A DNA stretch of 64,000 bases from Epiperipatus broadwayi. Lineage: Eukaryota > Animalia > Onychophora. The position numbers and the translations under genes were made by a program. The first letter of the stretch is position 1. The number at the start of each line of letters is the position of its first letter. Below the pieces are notes generated by a model. The model did no database searches and was not told where the DNA came from. It saw only the letters and a program-made list of their open reading frames with translations. Of this stretch, positions 49,101 through 60,925 are shown piece after piece. The stretch spans positions 19,034,001 to 19,098,000 of the forward strand of contig JAQFVV010000006.1 in the NCBI GenBank assembly GCA_028023455.1, given 5' to 3'.

Positions 49101-51400
49101 TATAACCATTATTCTCTTCCCCTTTTCTTTAAACCTCTGTATATCCTTAACTAGGCATTCATATATACTTCTGTTCCACTCCATTACAGTTTGACTATCT
49201 CCAGTGGCTATATACACTACCACCACCATCCATTCTTGTCTACCCAACCTTATTTCAAACCACTAATGCTCTTGACATTTAACAATATTTAAATATTTTT
49301 TCGATATAACACCTATACCATCACCCCTTTTTTCTTTTTCTTTTCTGTTTGTACCCTGCCATATTACCTCTTCCAAAATAGGTTCTTCTTCTCTTAGATG
49401 AGTTTCCACTACTGCTAATACCTCAAGCTCTTCATTTTCAATTGCTTTATTTAATTCCAGCCACTTCTTTGGTCTCATACCACCTTGCATATTCAAAAAC
49501 CCAATTTTAACAATTTCTTCTTTCCTAACTACTCTTTTATAAATTCTTTTAATTCTTTCTTCTCCATTACATTTATAACACACTTTCTTACCATTAATCT
49601 TACAGAATCATTCCCTCTCCACATCTACACTTATATCTAAATCAACCATCCCATCCATTCTTCTTCTTTTTGATAATATTGCAATTTGAAAGCCCACCCC
49701 CCTTTAAAAGTTTCCCAAATTATATTCTTTAAATATCAGACTCCCTAAAACTTCACTTCCTTGTTTTTCTAAGTGCAATCCATCTTTACTATATAACTCC
49801 CTCCTTCCAATAAACGAATCCCATACATCCACAAACACATTATTTCTCTCACACAATTTTTTCACTCTCTCATTTATAGAACATGCCCTATCTAAGCCTC
49901 TTATCACATCTTGGTAATACTCCAACTACCCCTACTCTTCCTTTAATCACCCTCAAATTCCTAATCAATTCTACATACTCATCCATTATTCTCTCTGATG
50001 GCTCTAACAAATTTTTAGTCCCTACCCTAACTTATACATCTCTACTATCTTGCTTTCTTACTTTATTTGTCTCATCCCTAATTTTTGCTCCAGGTAAACA
50101 TTCAACATCCTGCTTCTATTTTCCCTTGCAATTATATCCCCACATTCTATTATTAGTGAATCTCCTATCAATACTGTCTCATAGTCTACTCTCTCTACTC
50201 CATCTGTACCCTTTTCTACCATCTTCTGGACCTCCTTATCCATTTCTTCCTTATCATTTCTACTCAATAATTCCGTTATCTCATCACACTTCATCTCTAA
50301 CAATTTTAATTTTACTTCTACATCCTTCACTTCTTCCTCTATCTTGCTTATTTTCTGACTAACCATCTCCATTGCATTACTACTTTCTCCATCCATATTT
50401 CCTGGCACTCCACTAAAACCATATTCTGTCCTATCTTCCTTAACTACATTTTTCTCCCTCTCTCTGACTTTCTCTCTAGACTACCTACACTTATAAACCA
50501 CCTTCTTACCTCTTTAGTCACATTTACACCCTGACTACATAACCAGAAAACTGTTACATCCTTCCTATTCTTATTCAAACATTTCAAATGATACACCTCA
50601 GCATACACTGTACACTCTACAGGTGCTCGCCTAATTCCTTTCTGCCGATCATATATACATTGTGCCATACAAATGCAATCCATATTCTTATTTTTCATGT
50701 CACCTATTCTATATTTGTCTTTATAATACCTCTCCTATTCTTCAAACATCCTTATATGGAAAAATAAAAGTACCAAAAACTTTTTTACTTTTCCCCAAAC
50801 CTGATCAAATTATAACTATGGATTTTCTAACGTTAGGCCCCCTAAGTTTCTCAAAATAAATGTCTATTTTAAAATTTAAAAAAACCTTCAGTAATAAACT
50901 TAACTAAAACAAATTAAATTTACATATAACTTTTTTTTTGAAATACCTCTTTATAATACCTCTCAGCCTTATACAGACAAATAAAAAACTTTTTTACTTT
51001 TTCCCAAATCTGATCAACTATACCCACGTGTTTTCTAACGTTCGACCTCCTAAACGTTACTTTTTTCTCACAATAAATGTCTATTTTAAAATTTAAAAAA
51101 ACCTTCAGTAACAAACTTACCTAAAACGAATTAAACTTACATACAACTTTTTTTATGAATATCCTTACACTAACACACATTCAACAAGAACAACTTTTTT
51201 TTTTAAAAAAAAAACAACTTCTATACCTAAAATGGTAAACAAAAATCTTTCAAACAGTTAAACACAAACATTTTCAATCTTTCAAATAACTCACTCTCTC
51301 GATCCCAATTTATACTTTCATACACAATAATTAGCATGCTGCTCTCGAAAAATCAATTTCACATGTAACTAACAACAAACTAAAAATTTTTTTAAAAATA
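46141..51400 (-). mobile_element. LINE copy A: near full-length, decayed; ORF1 PHD + coiled coil + SGNH esterase, ORF2 APE + RT + CCHC; clade unresolved
   Basis: ORF1 ~49704-50698: C..C..YHLKC..WLC, VLIGDSL, FVDVWDSF..LYSKDGLHL. ORF2 ~46245-49583: IGFLNMQG, LAVVETHL, VIGDMNGH, TIDYVL, SDHNFI, then the RT motifs. (ACATC)n tail at 46141-46156. 5' end approximate. Confidence 0.92.
50720..51165 (-). repeat. Two ~220-bp tandem monomers in the LINE 5' UTR
   Basis: ttataatacctctc...aaaaacttttttacttttccc...tgatcaa...ttttctaacgtt...ataaatgtctattttaaaatttaaaaaaaccttcagtaa occurs twice. Confidence 0.8.
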
Positions 51401-52466
51401 TCAAAACTTTACATGGCGCCCTCTGCGGTCGGGATGGATAGTGTCCAGTACAATACATATGAATGGTCTTTAATTCATGCACAATCTCATTATTACATGA
51501 CACACAATGGTTCTCTATTACAGCCTAAGTCTTACCAAAATAAATATGAGTTCATCAAAACATTAGCAATCTAATTTAGAGAAGAATTTTTCTGTTTCAG
51601 TCGATAAAGACCTCCTTAAAGAATTTAAAAACTTTAAACTGGATTCTTTATGTGTGGATGGAATAATTTCTGTAAGCAGAAAACTAATACATGGTACAAT
51701 CCAAAAAAGTTTTATAATTTATTCAACAATATTTATTGTGGTTTGATTATGAATTTATTTTTTATTAATATTTGTATGCTGTAAAAGATTGTGTACTCGA
51801 GTATATGTTTTTCTATATGTGATTATATATAATATATTTATTTAAACATTTCCCCTCCCTTTTTTCCTTTTTATTAACTGAGAAGGGCACTAAAACATTG
51901 ACAAAGAAAGCCTTTATATATTAAAAAATATAATATTTGGTTGGTGTATAATTTTTTTATTTGGTTATATGCAAACAAGCAAAATACTTCAACAGATTAT
52001 AATTATTTCCATTTTATGATAATGGATGAATTATAAATTATGAAAACAAGAGTAAAATACCATTTTTATAAATATCCTTTTTATCAGCTATGATATACAT
52101 CATCAAACATAAATCAGAATAAGTCAAAATCTTATTTTACATAGTGCAAATTTTATTTGTATTATTTAATGATATGAAAAATAAAATTTGCATAATTATT
52201 AAATATAATTTTTATTTTTATATTCAATAATCATTTAGATAATTATATTCTGGCCATTTAAAAATTATTCACAATTCTGTTTTTTTTAATACCTAATCAT
52301 AAGATGTCTACTTATTGATTGAATATTAGAAGGCTACCACACAAATAATTCTACACCTGGGTAGATGTAAAAATTGTTCAAATTTTGCCAGTTCAGAGGT
52401 CAAGTTATGTGGCTGTATTGACCACTGAATAATAAAATTAGTCTTTAAAACTTTTATAATCTATAC

Positions 52467-53694
52467 CAGTGGTCTTCAACCACTGGGCCGCGTCCCGGTG
52501 CCGGGCCACGGAAGTTTTCTGCCGGGTAGCGCTAGACTGGCAAGAAAGTTAGTAATAACAAAATAATAAGATTTTAAACTTTTAATTAATATAAACAGTT
52601 TTTATTTATTTTTTCATCGCATTTTTACTCTGTTAAAATATAAGAAACAGAACAAAAACGAAATCTATTCAATCATACATAAATTAATTTGTTTTTCTAT
52701 TTATCACAGATGTTTATGAGAGATAGAATTAAATTTATTATTTTTCTAAAAAAATTCAAAATTTTTAAAAAAAATAGGTTTTTTATTAAACAAACTCCAG
52801 TTGTCTTTTGATAGCCAATCATGGTTGCTTGTTGGCATTGTTTATGTGTTAAAATAAGATCAAAACTTTTGACCTTTTCAAGTTTCGCTTTTTTTTTTTT
52901 TGTTTAAAAATACGCCCACTTTTTTTTTTTTGGCCTATAAGGTGATATTTTTTGGTTTTATTTGTATACTGCTAATATACTAAAACTTTTATTTTTAAAA
53001 CCAATTTCTGTTAACCTTTTTTTAAAAATAAAAACAAACAAAAAATAACTTTGCGATTTTTTTTGGCTTTATTTCTATTAAAAAAAAAAACTTTTCCTAT
53101 TAATTACATTTTTTGATCCTTTCAACACACCAGCACAAAAAAAAAATTACAATAACATCAAAACTTCAGACTTTTACACGTTTCATTTTATTTTTTCAGA
53201 TTTAAAATATGGTGAATTTTTTTTTTGACTGTACAGTGATTAATTAAGCGATTTCTATTTCGCCCTTACTACTATCAAAAGACAACCTCCATATATATAT
53301 ATAACCATCTTGTATATTCAACATTAAATACAGATATTACATTTATCATAATCATTGCCATGTAATTACACTAGCTATGATATTTCCCAACATTCAGGTG
53401 AATTACATTTTATTCTTGAATGTTCAACAATGAAATAATAAACATAGAAATGCAAGCACATTAATGAGAACAATTGGTATTGTACTGTTTTCTGTGTTCA
53501 GCATGTGAAGGTAAGCAACACCATTACAATACACAATAACTAGTGTGCTGTTTTGGTCAGTTATAACAATTATGCTTATCTAAGGCTAAGCAGGTTACAT
53601 CTTTACGAAAATTTATCTGTAAACTTATGCCAGTCCGTGAAATCTTATCCTTATTTTTGCTGGGCCGCAGGTGTGAAAAGGTTGAAGACCACTA
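52467..53694. mobile_element. Non-autonomous hAT (Charlie-like) element
   Basis: TIRs CAGTGGTCTTCAACC / GGTTGAAGACCACTA. 8-bp TSD ATCTATAC (52459-52466, 53695-53702). GGGCCGC subterminal motifs at both ends. Confidence 0.93.
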
Positions 53695-54426
53695 ATCTAT
53701 ACCACAAACTGCTAATATTTATTTTTACAAGAAAATTAAAACAAATTACTTAATAATGAAGACAAAAAGATCTATTTAATTAAAACCAATGTTAGAAATC
53801 AATTATAAGCGATAAACAAAAGTCGGTCATCGTAAACTCATTAATCATATGATACTAAATTGACTGCACCAATATTTTTTTTAAAAAAAAAGTAAACTTA
53901 ATCCAAAGGCAAAAAAAGAAAAATTACTTTGGAAAAAAACCTAATTAACTTTAAAATCAGATTGTAGTTTTTATTTATACATCAGTGTTCCATACAATGT
54001 ATGTTTAATGCAACATATAAATTATAAAACATAAATCTTTTTTTTTTATTAAATTAAAATTTGGGTAACAAACCGAAGTTAATACAATGAATACTCTTGA
54101 TTAACACAACAATATATGTGAATCAACAAGACATTTCAGAGCTTCCCACTTTGGCTAAAGTGTCAGACCTATTTGTCACATTATGCAGTTCAGTTACGAA
54201 TTTGTTTCTCAAAGCCCTCCGACCTCTCCATAATTATGTATTATAATTGCCTTAACATCAGACTATTAGTCTTTATGTTTGCTACACTGTATCTCATTAA
54301 ATTTAATTTCTTGGTGATATACTGTGGGCATTAATTAAATTTTAAAATGAAATACACAGTAAAAAATTATCTAATTAATTTGATTAATTCAAATTACTGA
54401 ATTTACTTCATTTCTTAAACCCCTCT

Positions 54427-57400
54427 AGTTGTGATTGGCTGAATTGTACTATGGTTTCAGACTCAAATCAATACTAATATCAAAAAATGTGAACACTCAC
54501 AAAGTTAACATACATACATGTTACACCATTAATAAATACCAATTTTTCATATAACTTAATCAATAATGAGCTGGTTGTGCCCGAATGACTGAACTGACTT
54601 CAGCTATAAATTTTAGCTTGCCTCATGAATTCTAGTCAAAACTCTTCTGGCTGTTTTGGATAGCTTGCCTCAAGTTACACATAGTCATAGCAGCTTCCAG
54701 TCCTATTGTGGACTTACCTCACAGAAACACATTCACAGTTGAAAGTCATTTCAATTGAAAGGACATTAAGTCTTTCAGGTTAAACAGATGTTCTTTCTTT
54801 CTCTCCCTTGCCTCCAAAAAGGCTGGCTTTTTATTGCCAGATCCCCTATCTTACTGAAGCAATTAGACTCAGAGAATATCATTGCTTATTGGCCCATAAT
54901 AACCAGTGGTAAAATTTTATACACATTTATACATTGTCCATACTTATGTTTTATGCTTTGGCTACGTTTATACATTGGTTATCCACAAGTTTACACATTG
55001 GTTAGCAACAATGAGTGTTCAATACAATTAGGTAAGAAAGGAATCTCGACTAGTCCACTTCTGAAGGCAAGGTCAGATATGACATCCCTCCCCTGTCTAA
55101 ATTTAACTCTGGAGAACATAGTCATCGAAATGAGCTAGACAATGTGTTATCTGCTTTGTTGGTTTCTCAGGTTTGCTTATTCATCATCCTTGTTTGATGG
55201 TCTTGTCCCTGGATGTTCATCTGAGTTATTGCTGTCTTCAATTTGGTGGTCATCATTTTCACTTGATGTACTTGTTTCTGCGTGATTCAGTCTCAGTTGG
55301 TTTACATGGTGATGCTGTTGATAACCATCTGTGGTTTGAACTATTACAGTACAGAGTCCTTTCAGTTGTGTAACTACTGCTGGTCTCCATTTTGTGGATC
55401 CATTGTAAATTCTGCATAGCACCTGAGTGTCTATTTGCATTTTTATATTGTCTTTTCCTTTTTCCCATAATTTGGATCAGGTTTCAGGGCTGACAGATTG
55501 GTTCACAAATGTCATTGGTTAGCAGTTTGCCTTACCTTTCCACAGGTCAGTGCAGCGCACCTGGAGTCTAGATCAGGGCCCTTCAGGTTTAGGTCACTGA
55601 ATTGTTTTGCCCTTTGCTGGTTTATTTTTGCTTAATGTTGTGACTTAGTTCACCTTTGTCATTGCAAAGCCTAACTGACTAAACCAGTTATGACATTATA
55701 AATTACTATGATTAGCTGATGCCACCACAATAGTCTTATTAGGCATTGTAGTTTTAACTGTTGTTTGACCCAACAGTTTTATTTTATTTTCCTGATAGTC
55801 TGTGATAGAATTGCTGCTAGGGTGCAGCTTATATTCTTTATTTTTATTGATGATATCCCAGGTCTTTTTTAAAACAATAGACCCAGTGTCCAGTTCCATT
55901 GTAACTGATATATCATTAATTATAATACTGTATATAAATTCAGATGGATCATCTTTAATATGATTTATATAGACAACTTGTTTATTTATCTTATAATTGC
56001 CTTTGCTGTTTTTTGGACTGGATTTTTCCATTCTCATATTGGCTGTCTTTTTAACTTCAAACATGCAGCCTTTATATGTCCAACTCGCTTGCAAAACATA
56101 CATGTCATATAGTGGTGCGGATATTCTGTAAGTGTGTAAATTTTTTCATTACATGTATAGCAATGCATTAGACTATTTGATGCTGAATTATCTGAGCTCA
56201 CTGAGTGTCTGACCAACCCAGCATTATGCTCAATTTTTTGCACATCATAGTTATAATTTTTTAATGGGTTTGTCTGACTAGCTATTGATTCTGCTAGTGC
56301 TGCTTGGGCCACAGCTGTTTCAAAATCTAAATCCAGCATCATCAGCATCTTAAGTCTTAAATTGTGATCATTTATGTATCAAATAAAATGATCACAAACT
56401 GCTTCATTCAGGAAATCTTTGAATTTGCACTTTAATACCAATGATCAGATTCTTGTTGCAAACTCTCTGGTTTTTTCCTCCCCTGTTCTTGCATGCAGAG
56501 TTGAAATAATATCTCAGCATTATTGTCAAGGATTTTGAGGAAATATAATCTGTGCGAGTTATTAATGTATTGTCAAAATCTTGGTCAGCTGGTGCTTCTG
56601 CTGTAGATAGAGACTTGAGTATCTCGTAAGTTTGAGGACCTATTATAGTCATTAATGTGACTAATTTTACCTCAGGCTTCTCAATCTGCTTAGCCTGTAG
56701 GTAAAATATTAATCACTATTTATAGATTAACCAGCTGTCAGGGTAGGCTGGGTCAAAGGCTTCCATAGAGCCAGTCAAATTAGCCATTGATTTATTTCTC
56801 TCTTTTAATTCATGAAATAAATAATTGTGAGTTACCTCTCATTAGTTACTTTTACAATTACAGTTTGTAGCTATTCAAAAATCATTAGTGGAAAATCTAA
56901 CCAATTCACCAGGGCAAGCTTCTGTCCTTTGTTATGAGTAAAGCTCTCATGGTTGGTTTAAGCTTTTAATTGACATGAACTATATGCTTGTAGTTAATAT
57001 TTCATTCAAACAGATCTAAGTGGTTTTAATAATCACTGTATAGTAAATATAATGAATGTCTTTAGCCACAGTCGTGTAGTTAATCCATTGAAATTCACAT
57101 ATTTTATACTATTTTTCCAGTCAATGAGGAAAAATATTCCTTTCATCTGAGTGTACCAAATGTTGACTTTATCACTGTATTGTGAATACAATGAATCTTT
57201 TAATTGTGCACTTGTGTATTTTATCTATTTTTTTACAGTCATGAGAAAAAATATTATTTTATCAGACTGCACCAAATCTGTTGAAAGGGGCACATTTTAT
57301 ACCATATTCCTTTTGTCTGACTGTGCCAAATCGGTTATGAGTGGCTGAATTGCAGATTTCAGACACAAAACAACAGTAATATCAAAAAATATGAACACTC

Positions 57401-57791
57401 ACCAAATTAATATGTATAATTTATTAGTACAAATATACATACATGTTATACTATTAATAAATACAATTTTTTCATATATAACTTATTCAGATTAGACAGA
57501 TGTTATCTCTCCCTTGCCTCCAAAAAGGCTGACTATTTATTGGCAGATCCCCTACCTTACTGAACACAATTGGATTCAGAAAACATCATTTCCAACTAGC
57601 CCATACTAACCAATGGTAGGATTTTATACACGTTTATACATAGGCCATACTTAAGTTTTACCCTTTGGCTATGTTTATACATTGGTTATCAACATGTTTA
57701 CACATCAGTTAGTGGCAATGAGTGCTCAATTCAATTAGATAAGGAAGGAATCTGGAATGGTCCACTTCTGAAGACAAGATCAGATATGACA
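54427..57791 (-). mobile_element. Mag-like Ty3/Gypsy element with both LTRs (5' 57333-57791, 3' 54427-55084); RT, RNase H and integrase core deleted
   Basis: 5-bp TSD CCTCT (54422-54426, 57792-57796). LTRs start TGTCAT. PPT AGGGGAGGGA at 55085-55094. PBS-like TGGCACAGTCAG at 57317-57328. gag ATG at 56787 (MANLTGSMEAFDP..IGPQTYEIL..CMFCKRVGHIKAAC). Protease MELDTGS. Integrase tail KWRPAVV..HHVNQLR. Confidence 0.92.
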
Positions 57792-58249
57792 CCTCTGATC
57801 TCTAATATTAACATTATTGCTTTAGCAAACTATAATACTTTTATATATTTCCATTAAATTTATTCATGATACATTGTGCATAAATTACTAGAATGTTAAA
57901 CTTATTGTACCCAAATAATGAAGAAATATATATAAAATTATTACTGCTGATAATATTTACCATTTTATTTTGTAAAATGTAAATCATAAAACAATTTATT
58001 TATTCTGTACTTTTTCTAAAAAATTATTTACCAGAAAAACAGATTTAGAAAACTACATATGGTAATTAAAATGGATACCAAAAAAAAAAAAATTCTAATA
58101 AAATAAAAAAAACTGTCAGAAAGAAAGAAAGAAGTAAATCAACAAACACAAATGCCACAACAAACATCATTGGCTGACACAGCTTGCACAAATACAAAGA
58201 GTTTTCCAGAATATTACTCATATTTGTCATATTGTTGTTTACTGGAAGT

Positions 58250-58277
58250 TAATTCATTCATTCATTCATTCATTCAG
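58250..58277 (+). repeat. (ATTC)n microsatellite
   Basis: aattcattcattcattcattcattcag. Confidence 0.8.
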
Positions 58278-58905
58278 ATGACTATTAGTCATATTTATCA
58301 AATGATAATACATTTTAAAAAATGTACTGAAACAGTAATTAATGTTACAATAACATTTTTTTTCCAATTTAATTTTTTTTTAAAGTGAACTTTTAAATTT
58401 ATGTTTGCAATTAACTTTGTATATATTTTTTATATTTTTCTTTTGTATTACATTTTTCCTGCTTGAATGGTTGGTTTGGATCATAATTTTGCTCTAAGCT
58501 ATGAGACTGGATGAGTTACTTTTAAATGTATGCATTTCAATGCATTGTTGAATACAGACTGTTTAGTAAATATACTTTTGAAATCAATTAAATTGATTGT
58601 CCAGGACTGTAAGTGTGCATACAAGAGAATGTTATGGATATACTTTATAATCAAACTAATTTCAAATGCTAATACACATACAATTTTTATCAATCCTTTT
58701 GACTTTTAAATAAAATGATTTCAAATGAGAAGTATCAGAAAGCCAATAAACATCACATGATCACCATTTCTTATGCTTGCTTATAACTGTTATTAAAACA
58801 GGCAAAAACTCACTACACGTATTGCCACTCAGCAAGCTAGAGTAATCAATGGATGCCAGAAGGCTTGTGCATAAAATCCCAATCTAGTGCCTACTCATCC
58901 AATAT

Positions 58906-58944
58906 CCCCAGACTAGTTTCTGGCTTGTGGACTTCATCAGTGAA
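58906..58944 (-). ncRNA. Minimal hammerhead motif family 2 (core intact, stem II mismatch)
   Basis: Minus strand: TTCA CTGATGA AGTC-CACAA-GCCA GAA ACTAGT C TGGGG. Palindromic stem III ACTAGT and a GTC cleavage triplet. Confidence 0.72.
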
Positions 58945-59024
58945 TTAAGTAGAGATAAAAGGTGTTTGCTGGAGGATTGCATTAGATCCTAAGATCTAGG
59001 TGCAGTGCTCTCAGATCCAAGGCT

Positions 59025-59064
59025 CCTCACTGACAAAGGCCACAAGCCAGAAACTAGTCTGGGG
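59025..59064 (+). ncRNA. Minimal hammerhead motif family 2 (stem II intact, core G mutated)
   Basis: CCTCA CTGACAA AGGC-CACAA-GCCA GAA ACTAGT C TGGGG. Stem I is CCTCA/TGGGG. Confidence 0.68.
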
Positions 59065-60206
59065 ATATTGTATGAGTAGGCACTAGATGGGGATTTTATG
59101 CACAAGCCTTAGGCATCCATTGATTACTATAGCTTCTTGTGTAGCAATATGTATAGTGAGTTTTTGTCTGTTTTAAGCATTAGAAAGGTTAACACAGAAA
59201 TAGTGATGTCACTTTTTGATTTTTCATTAACTTTTTCTATCATTATGAGACAGAATTTGCTAAACATCAAGCGTTTTCCTACCAACAAAACTATCATTAT
59301 ATAAGTTAATTCTATTCTAACAATGAAAGTGCCTTTACCATAATATTACCCTACTCAGCATAAAAAACTATGGATTTAGATAATTAGTATTCATGCTTAT
59401 CTAACATGAATGAGGCATTATATCATGTTTGACGAATTACAGTTGAATATCTTTAATTTGGAATTGACTTCTCATTGCAGTAAGAAATCAAATTATTCAT
59501 TTGGGTTTATGGTAAATAGAACTATAATTGTGTGGGTTTTTTTTTTAAAGAAAATCTATTCTTTGTATTATAATCAATCTAAAAGAACATGACTTCATTA
59601 AATTAAACAACATATATTTATTATTCAATCTCACGCAAAAGCTTGTTTAAATTCCTATCATTTGCTATCTTAGATTCAAAATGAAAAAAATAACTTGATA
59701 AACATGCTAATTTAAAAAAAAATGATTAAAAATAAATGAACACTATTGTAATTAGTGATTACATTGCATCATGTCAGAAAAAAAAAAAAGAAGTAAAGTA
59801 ATCCACACATGGTAAATGATGTGATTTATTTCTTTTATAGAAATACATTATTCATTTTCACAAGCAAAACTTTATAAGTTTCTAACAAGATATTATCTGG
59901 TAAAGTAAATCGATTAAAAATAAATGAGTGCTACAGCAGTCCTACATTACCATAATACTGTACTTACTTATTTTTAATTCATTTTTTAAAAATTAGTTCT
60001 CATCTGATCATTGAAGTTAAGTAAAGTTAAACTTAATTAGTATCTGGATGGATGATACCATGTGATTTCTGAATCCTATAAGCCAATCATTTTTGCTTTG
60101 AGATTAATTTTAAATATATTAATTTGATTATTTAGAAATAAATAATTTATTCTCATGTGCAAAGCCTGGAATTATTTAAATATATATATATGGAAATTAT
60201 GGTTAA

Positions 60207-60264
60207 AAAATTATAATTTAATGGGTTGGTTCATGAAAATTATAATTTAATGGGTTGGTTCATG
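60207..60264 (+). repeat. 29-bp tandem duplication
   Basis: aaaattataatttaatgggttggttcatg x2. Confidence 0.9.
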
Positions 60265-60447
60265 CCATTCGAATATTAGCAGTAGAAAGATGAATAAATG
60301 CCTATATTGAAGCTAAACCTATCATTTTTGGTGTCCAAATGTCATGCAACAAACCATTCGATTATAACTTTTTTAACCCAATATTCTCTGTATAATATAT
60401 ATAAATATTTGAAAATCAGCACTCTTCACAAACCTGGAGCTTAATTG

Positions 60448-60757
60448 TAAATATAGGGGGTTTGAACTCAGACTTTCAAGCACCTATCAACTATCCACAC
60501 TATCTCCTACAACTGATACACATGACCACATGTAGAAAAGATAAATAATCACCAATATACATATTTCATGCTAAATCAGTACTCAAAACTGTGTGGGAGA
60601 TGATAATCTGGACCAACTGATGAGTGCTGGTTTAGCATGAAATACATATATTGGTGATTATCTTTTCTACATGTGTGTAGTCATGTATATCAGTTGTATG
60701 AGATAGTGTGGATAGTTAGTGGGTGCTTGAATGTCTGAGTTCAAATCCCTATATTTA
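60448..60757. repeat. Asymmetric palindrome of hammerhead family 1
   Basis: 60448-60585 is the reverse complement of 60621-60757. The left arm holds only the 3' part of the ribozyme motif. Confidence 0.9.
60602..60662 (+). ncRNA. Type-I hammerhead ribozyme motif, family 1, intact core
   Basis: GATAATC [TGG] ACCAA CTGATGA GTGCT-GGTTT-AGCAT GAA ATACATAT A / TTGGT GATTATC. 12-bp stem I with a 3-nt bulge and 5-bp stem II. Predicted cleavage after 60650. Confidence 0.85.
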
Positions 60758-60925
60758 TAGGTATAATATATATACACACACATATATAACTCATATTTTG
60801 CACATGAAAATAAATCTTTTATTTATCTATAATAAGTATAGAGGATTTGAACTCAGATTTTCAAGCACCCTTCAACTATCCAGCACTCATCAGTTGGTCC
60901 AGACTATCATCTCTCACACACTCAC

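Larger units (their letters stand above)
41631..51457. repeat. Direct repeat copy 2, interrupted by the LINE array at 43711-~51400
   Basis: 41631-43710 matches 37622-39900. Homology resumes at ~51410 (gccctctg..cgggatg..gtgtccagtaca) versus 39918-39963. Confidence 0.85.
58793..59176. repeat. ~385-bp head-to-head palindrome of hammerhead family 2
   Basis: Arms ~58793-58943 and ~59027-59176 are reverse complements around an ~80-bp spacer. Confidence 0.92.

Noticed and set aside
49883-50362. 159-aa plus-strand ORF (and similar ORFs at 46303, 47404, 40437)
   Set aside because: Antisense shadows of purine-rich TE coding strands.
58793-59176. Kolobok/piggyBac MITE because of flanking TTAA
   Set aside because: The TTAA is part of the arm (also present in the solo copy at 9731), and the arms carry ribozyme motifs.
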